A stretch of DNA of 20,000 nt from an uncultured bacterium (GTDB lineage Bacteria; Armatimonadota; Abditibacteriia; Abditibacteriales; Abditibacteriaceae). The position numbers were made by a program, and so were the translations under genes. Shown here in pieces: positions 17,344-20,000 of the stretch; position 1 is the first letter of the stretch; the number at the start of each line of letters is the position of its first letter. The DNA lies in assembly GCA_963843795.1 (NCBI GenBank), contig CAWJLW010000006.1, forward strand, positions 3,603,415-3,623,414, read 5' to 3'. The notes under the pieces were generated by a model. That model did no database searches. It was given only the letters and a program-made list of their open reading frames with translations, and was not told the DNA's origin.

Positions 17344-18307
17344 CGTCGTCGAGATCGTGCTGAACCGGCCGGGCGAGGTCTGGGTCGAGCGGCTTGGGCC
17401 AGCCTGCGATGGAGCGCCACCTCGTGCCATCCATGGACGAGGCCGCGATCCGGTTCCTTGCCGAGCGCGTCGCCGGCTTCACCGACCAGAGCGTTTCGGA
17501 GGAGACGCCCCTGCTCTCGGCCGCGCTGCCGTCGGGCGAGCGCTTCCAGGCCGTCCTGCCGCCGGCCGCGTCGCCGGCGGAGCCTTCGCGATCCGCAAGC
17601 AGGTCGTGAAGGATCTCGCCCTCGACGACTTCGAGCGCATGGGCGCCTTCGCCGACACCGTCGTGACCGACGAGACGACGAGCTGACGAGACCTCGACGA
17701 GGAGCTGTGCCGGCTTCTCGCCGCCGGCCAGAAGCGCGCCTTCATCGAGCTCGCGATCGCAGAGCCGCGTTCTCGATCCTGCTCTCCGGCGGCACCTCGA
17801 CCGGCAAGACGACGGCGCTGAACGCGCTGCTCAAGGCCATCCCGGCCGACGAGCGCATCCTCACGATCGAGGACACGCGCGAGCTCCACCCCGTCCAGCC
17901 GAACTTCGTCGCGCTCGTCGCCACGAAGGGCGAGCAGGGCCACGCCCGCGTGACCGCGCAATCGCTCCTCGAGGCCTCGCTCCGCATGCGGCCGGACCGC
18001 ATCATCCTGGGCGAGGTTCGGGGCGAGGAGGCCTACACCTTCCTGCAGGCGATCAACTCCGGGCATCCGGGCTCGCTCTCGACCGTCCACGCCGACTCGC
18101 CCCACGGCGCCTACGAGCAGCTCGCCCTCAAGGTGCTGATGTCCGGGCGCGAACCTCTCGAAGGAGCAGGTGGTCGCCTACATCCGCCAGGTCCTGCCCG
18201 TCGTCGTGCAGCTGAAGCGCGAGGGCGGCGTCCGGCGCTGGAGCGAGATCTACTTCGCCAGGTACGCCGAGTGGCGGCGCCGGCAGGGCACGGCGGCCGC
18301 GGCATGA
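17246..18307 (+). CDS. virB11: VirB11 ATPase (about five frameshifts)
   Basis: GGGAG RBS plus GTG start; EIVLNRPGEVWVE, PLLSAALPSGERFQAVLPPA, AIRK, Walker A GGTSTGKT, IEDTREL, LRMRPDRIILGEVR, SGHPGSLSTVHA. Corrected end EIYFARY...AA* overlaps the virD4 ATG. Confidence 0.92.
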
Positions 18308-20000
18308 GGCGGGCCGCTCTCTGGTCGTTCGGGACGGCCTTCGTCCTGGTCGCGGCCGCGATCGTCTGGTCGCTCGCCTACGCGGCCGTCACCGGCTTCG
18401 CGTTCAAGACCCCTGCCCTCCTCTCGGCCCTGACCAAGACCGACCCGTTCGTCGCCTACAAGCACGCCGTCTACTACTGGCCGTCCGCGGCCGTGCAGCG
18501 GAACGCCCTGGTCGCGGCCGGGATCACGGCGGCGCTGTTCGTCGCCGGCTGGATCTCGCTCTTCGTCTGGCGCTCGCCGACCCCGTACGGCGACGCCCGC
18601 TTCGCCCGCGGCGGCGACCTGTTCCGGGCGAACCTCCATTCGAAGGAGGGCCTGATCCTCGGCTGGCACGGCTCGACGCTGCTGCGGAACGACGATCCCC
18701 GCCACCCGCTCGTGGTCGGCCCGACCCGGTCCGGCAAGGGCCGGGGCTTCGTCATCCCGAACCTGCTCGCCTGGCAGGGCTCGGCCATCGTCCTCGACAT
18801 CAAGCACGAGAATTTCCGGGAGACGGCCGGCGCCCGCCGGGCCGCCGGCGACGAGGTGTTCATGGTGGCGCCGGGCTCGGCCCGCTCGCATTGCTACAAC
18901 CCCCTCGACTTCGTCCGGCGCGGCCCGGAGAAGATCACCGACCTCACCAACGTCGCCCACTTCCTCATCCCGGACCCGCGGCACGGGGAGCCGATCTGGT
19001 CGCAGAAGGCGCGCGACCTCTTCGTCGGCATCTTGGGCTACGTGCTCGAGTCGAAGGAGGTGCCGGACGACGCCCGCACGATCCGGACCGCGCTCCGCCT
19101 CCTCTCGACCGGCCGCGACGTCGGCGCCGTCCTGAAAGCGATCGTCCAGGCCGAGAGCGAGAGCCTCAGCTCCTTCGTGGTCGGCCGCTTCAACCAGATC
19201 GTGGCCGAGCCGCCGGACACCCGCGGCTCCGTTCTCGCCAACCTGACCACCGCGCTCGCGCCCTGGGACAACCAGCTCATCGCCGGCGTGACCTCCCGCA
19301 GCGACTTCGACATCCGGCTGCTCCGCCGCAAGCGGATGACGATCTATATCGGCCCTCCCCCGTCCGACCTCGAAGTCGTACCGAAGCCTGATCCGGCTCC
19401 TCGTCCAGCAGGTTCACGACGCGCTCATGCGCGAGCTGCCCGGGCCGGAGGACCGCTACGACGTCCTCGTCATGCTCGACGAGTTCCGGCAGCTCCAGCG
19501 CATGGACGCGATCGTCGAGAAGATCCCGATCAGCGCCGGCTACGGCTTCCGGATGGCGCTCATCATCCAGAACCTGAGCCAGCTCGACGAGATCTACGGC
19601 AAGGCGACCCGCGAGGGCATCGTCGCGAACTGCGCCCTCAAGCTGTTCGTCTCCGTCGACGACCTCGCGACCGCGAACTACGTCTCCGACCAGCTCGGGA
19701 ACCGCACCATCACGACCTCGACGACGAGCATCCGGGGCACCGGGTTCGGGCACGACAGGTCGGTCTCGAAGAGCCTGACCGGCGTGCCCGCTCATGCGCG
19801 CGGACGAGGTGATCCGGCTGCCGAAGGACGCGGTCCATCCTGATGATCGCCAACGAGCGGCCGATCCTCACGACCAAGATCCGCTACGACAAGGACCGGC
19901 TGTTCCGGCGGCTCGCCCGAGCCGGGCAGTTCGCGTTCCGCTCCGTGCCGGACGTGCCGGTGTTGAAGGAGCAGACCTTGGCGTTGCTGACGCCGGCATA
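18304..20000 (+). CDS. virD4: VirD4/TraG type IV coupling protein, 3' end outside window; at least two frameshifts (~19375, ~19785)
   Basis: Two N-terminal TMs, YGDARFA, Walker A GPTRSGKG, VIPNLL, LDIKHEN, YNPLD, SDFD, Walker B VMLDEF, IQNLSQL..IYG. Confidence 0.94.

Noticed and set aside
7350..18984. Long antisense and alternate-frame ORFs (e.g. 7350..8567, 7718..9427, 12178..13119, 14356..16494, 18250..18984)
   Set aside because: Shadow ORFs typical of high-GC coding DNA. They overlap well-supported vir genes and have no recognisable motifs.
17458..19812. Apparent VirB11-VirD4 fusion (784 aa)
   Set aside because: A 1-nt correction near 18148 restores a VirB11-like C-terminus ending at an ATGA overlap with virD4 (18304-18307).
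4650..20000. Programmed frameshifting or phase variation as the cause of broken frames
   Set aside because: The sites lack slippery heptamers or long simple repeats and are scattered through conserved domains.
1..20000. CRISPR array, tRNA/rRNA, IS/transposase, integrase, relaxase or oriT
   Set aside because: No regularly spaced repeats, RNA-gene signatures or relevant protein motifs were seen by eye. A relaxase may lie outside the window.

Overview
GC-rich window that looks alphaproteobacterial (Rhizobiales/Methylobacterium-like, inferred from protein families) and is probably from a plasmid or ICE. It has three blocks. (1) 1-4273 is an intact disulfide-bond module: dsbD plus a DsbA/Com1-like thioredoxin, divergent from a QseBC/PmrAB-family two-component pair. 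It resembles the copper-sensing DsbRS system and has a perfect CTTAAG-N5-CTTAAG (TTA-N8-TTAA) box between the divergent genes. (2) 4467-6213 holds copper/silver-resistance remnants (DUF411 metal-binding protein, a Met-rich small membrane peptide, the 3' end of a cusA/silA-type gene cut at a perfect hairpin) and hypothetical fragments. (3) 6284-20000 is a VirB/VirD4 type IV secretion/conjugation cluster: virB1-2-3-4, an antisense secreted Cys-rich gene, a VirB5-like protein with an internal lytic transglycosylase domain, a second VirB5, a lipoprotein, then virB6-8-9-10-11-virD4. The most interesting signals are the muramidase-bearing VirB5 paralog, its divergent SNase-like partner, and a shared CAAC-N4-GTTG palindrome upstream of both virB1 and this internal pair. 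About 20 single-base frameshifts occur downstream of ~4650. They are most likely long-read indel errors and create false fusions in the ORF track, so I reconstructed gene boundaries by hand.
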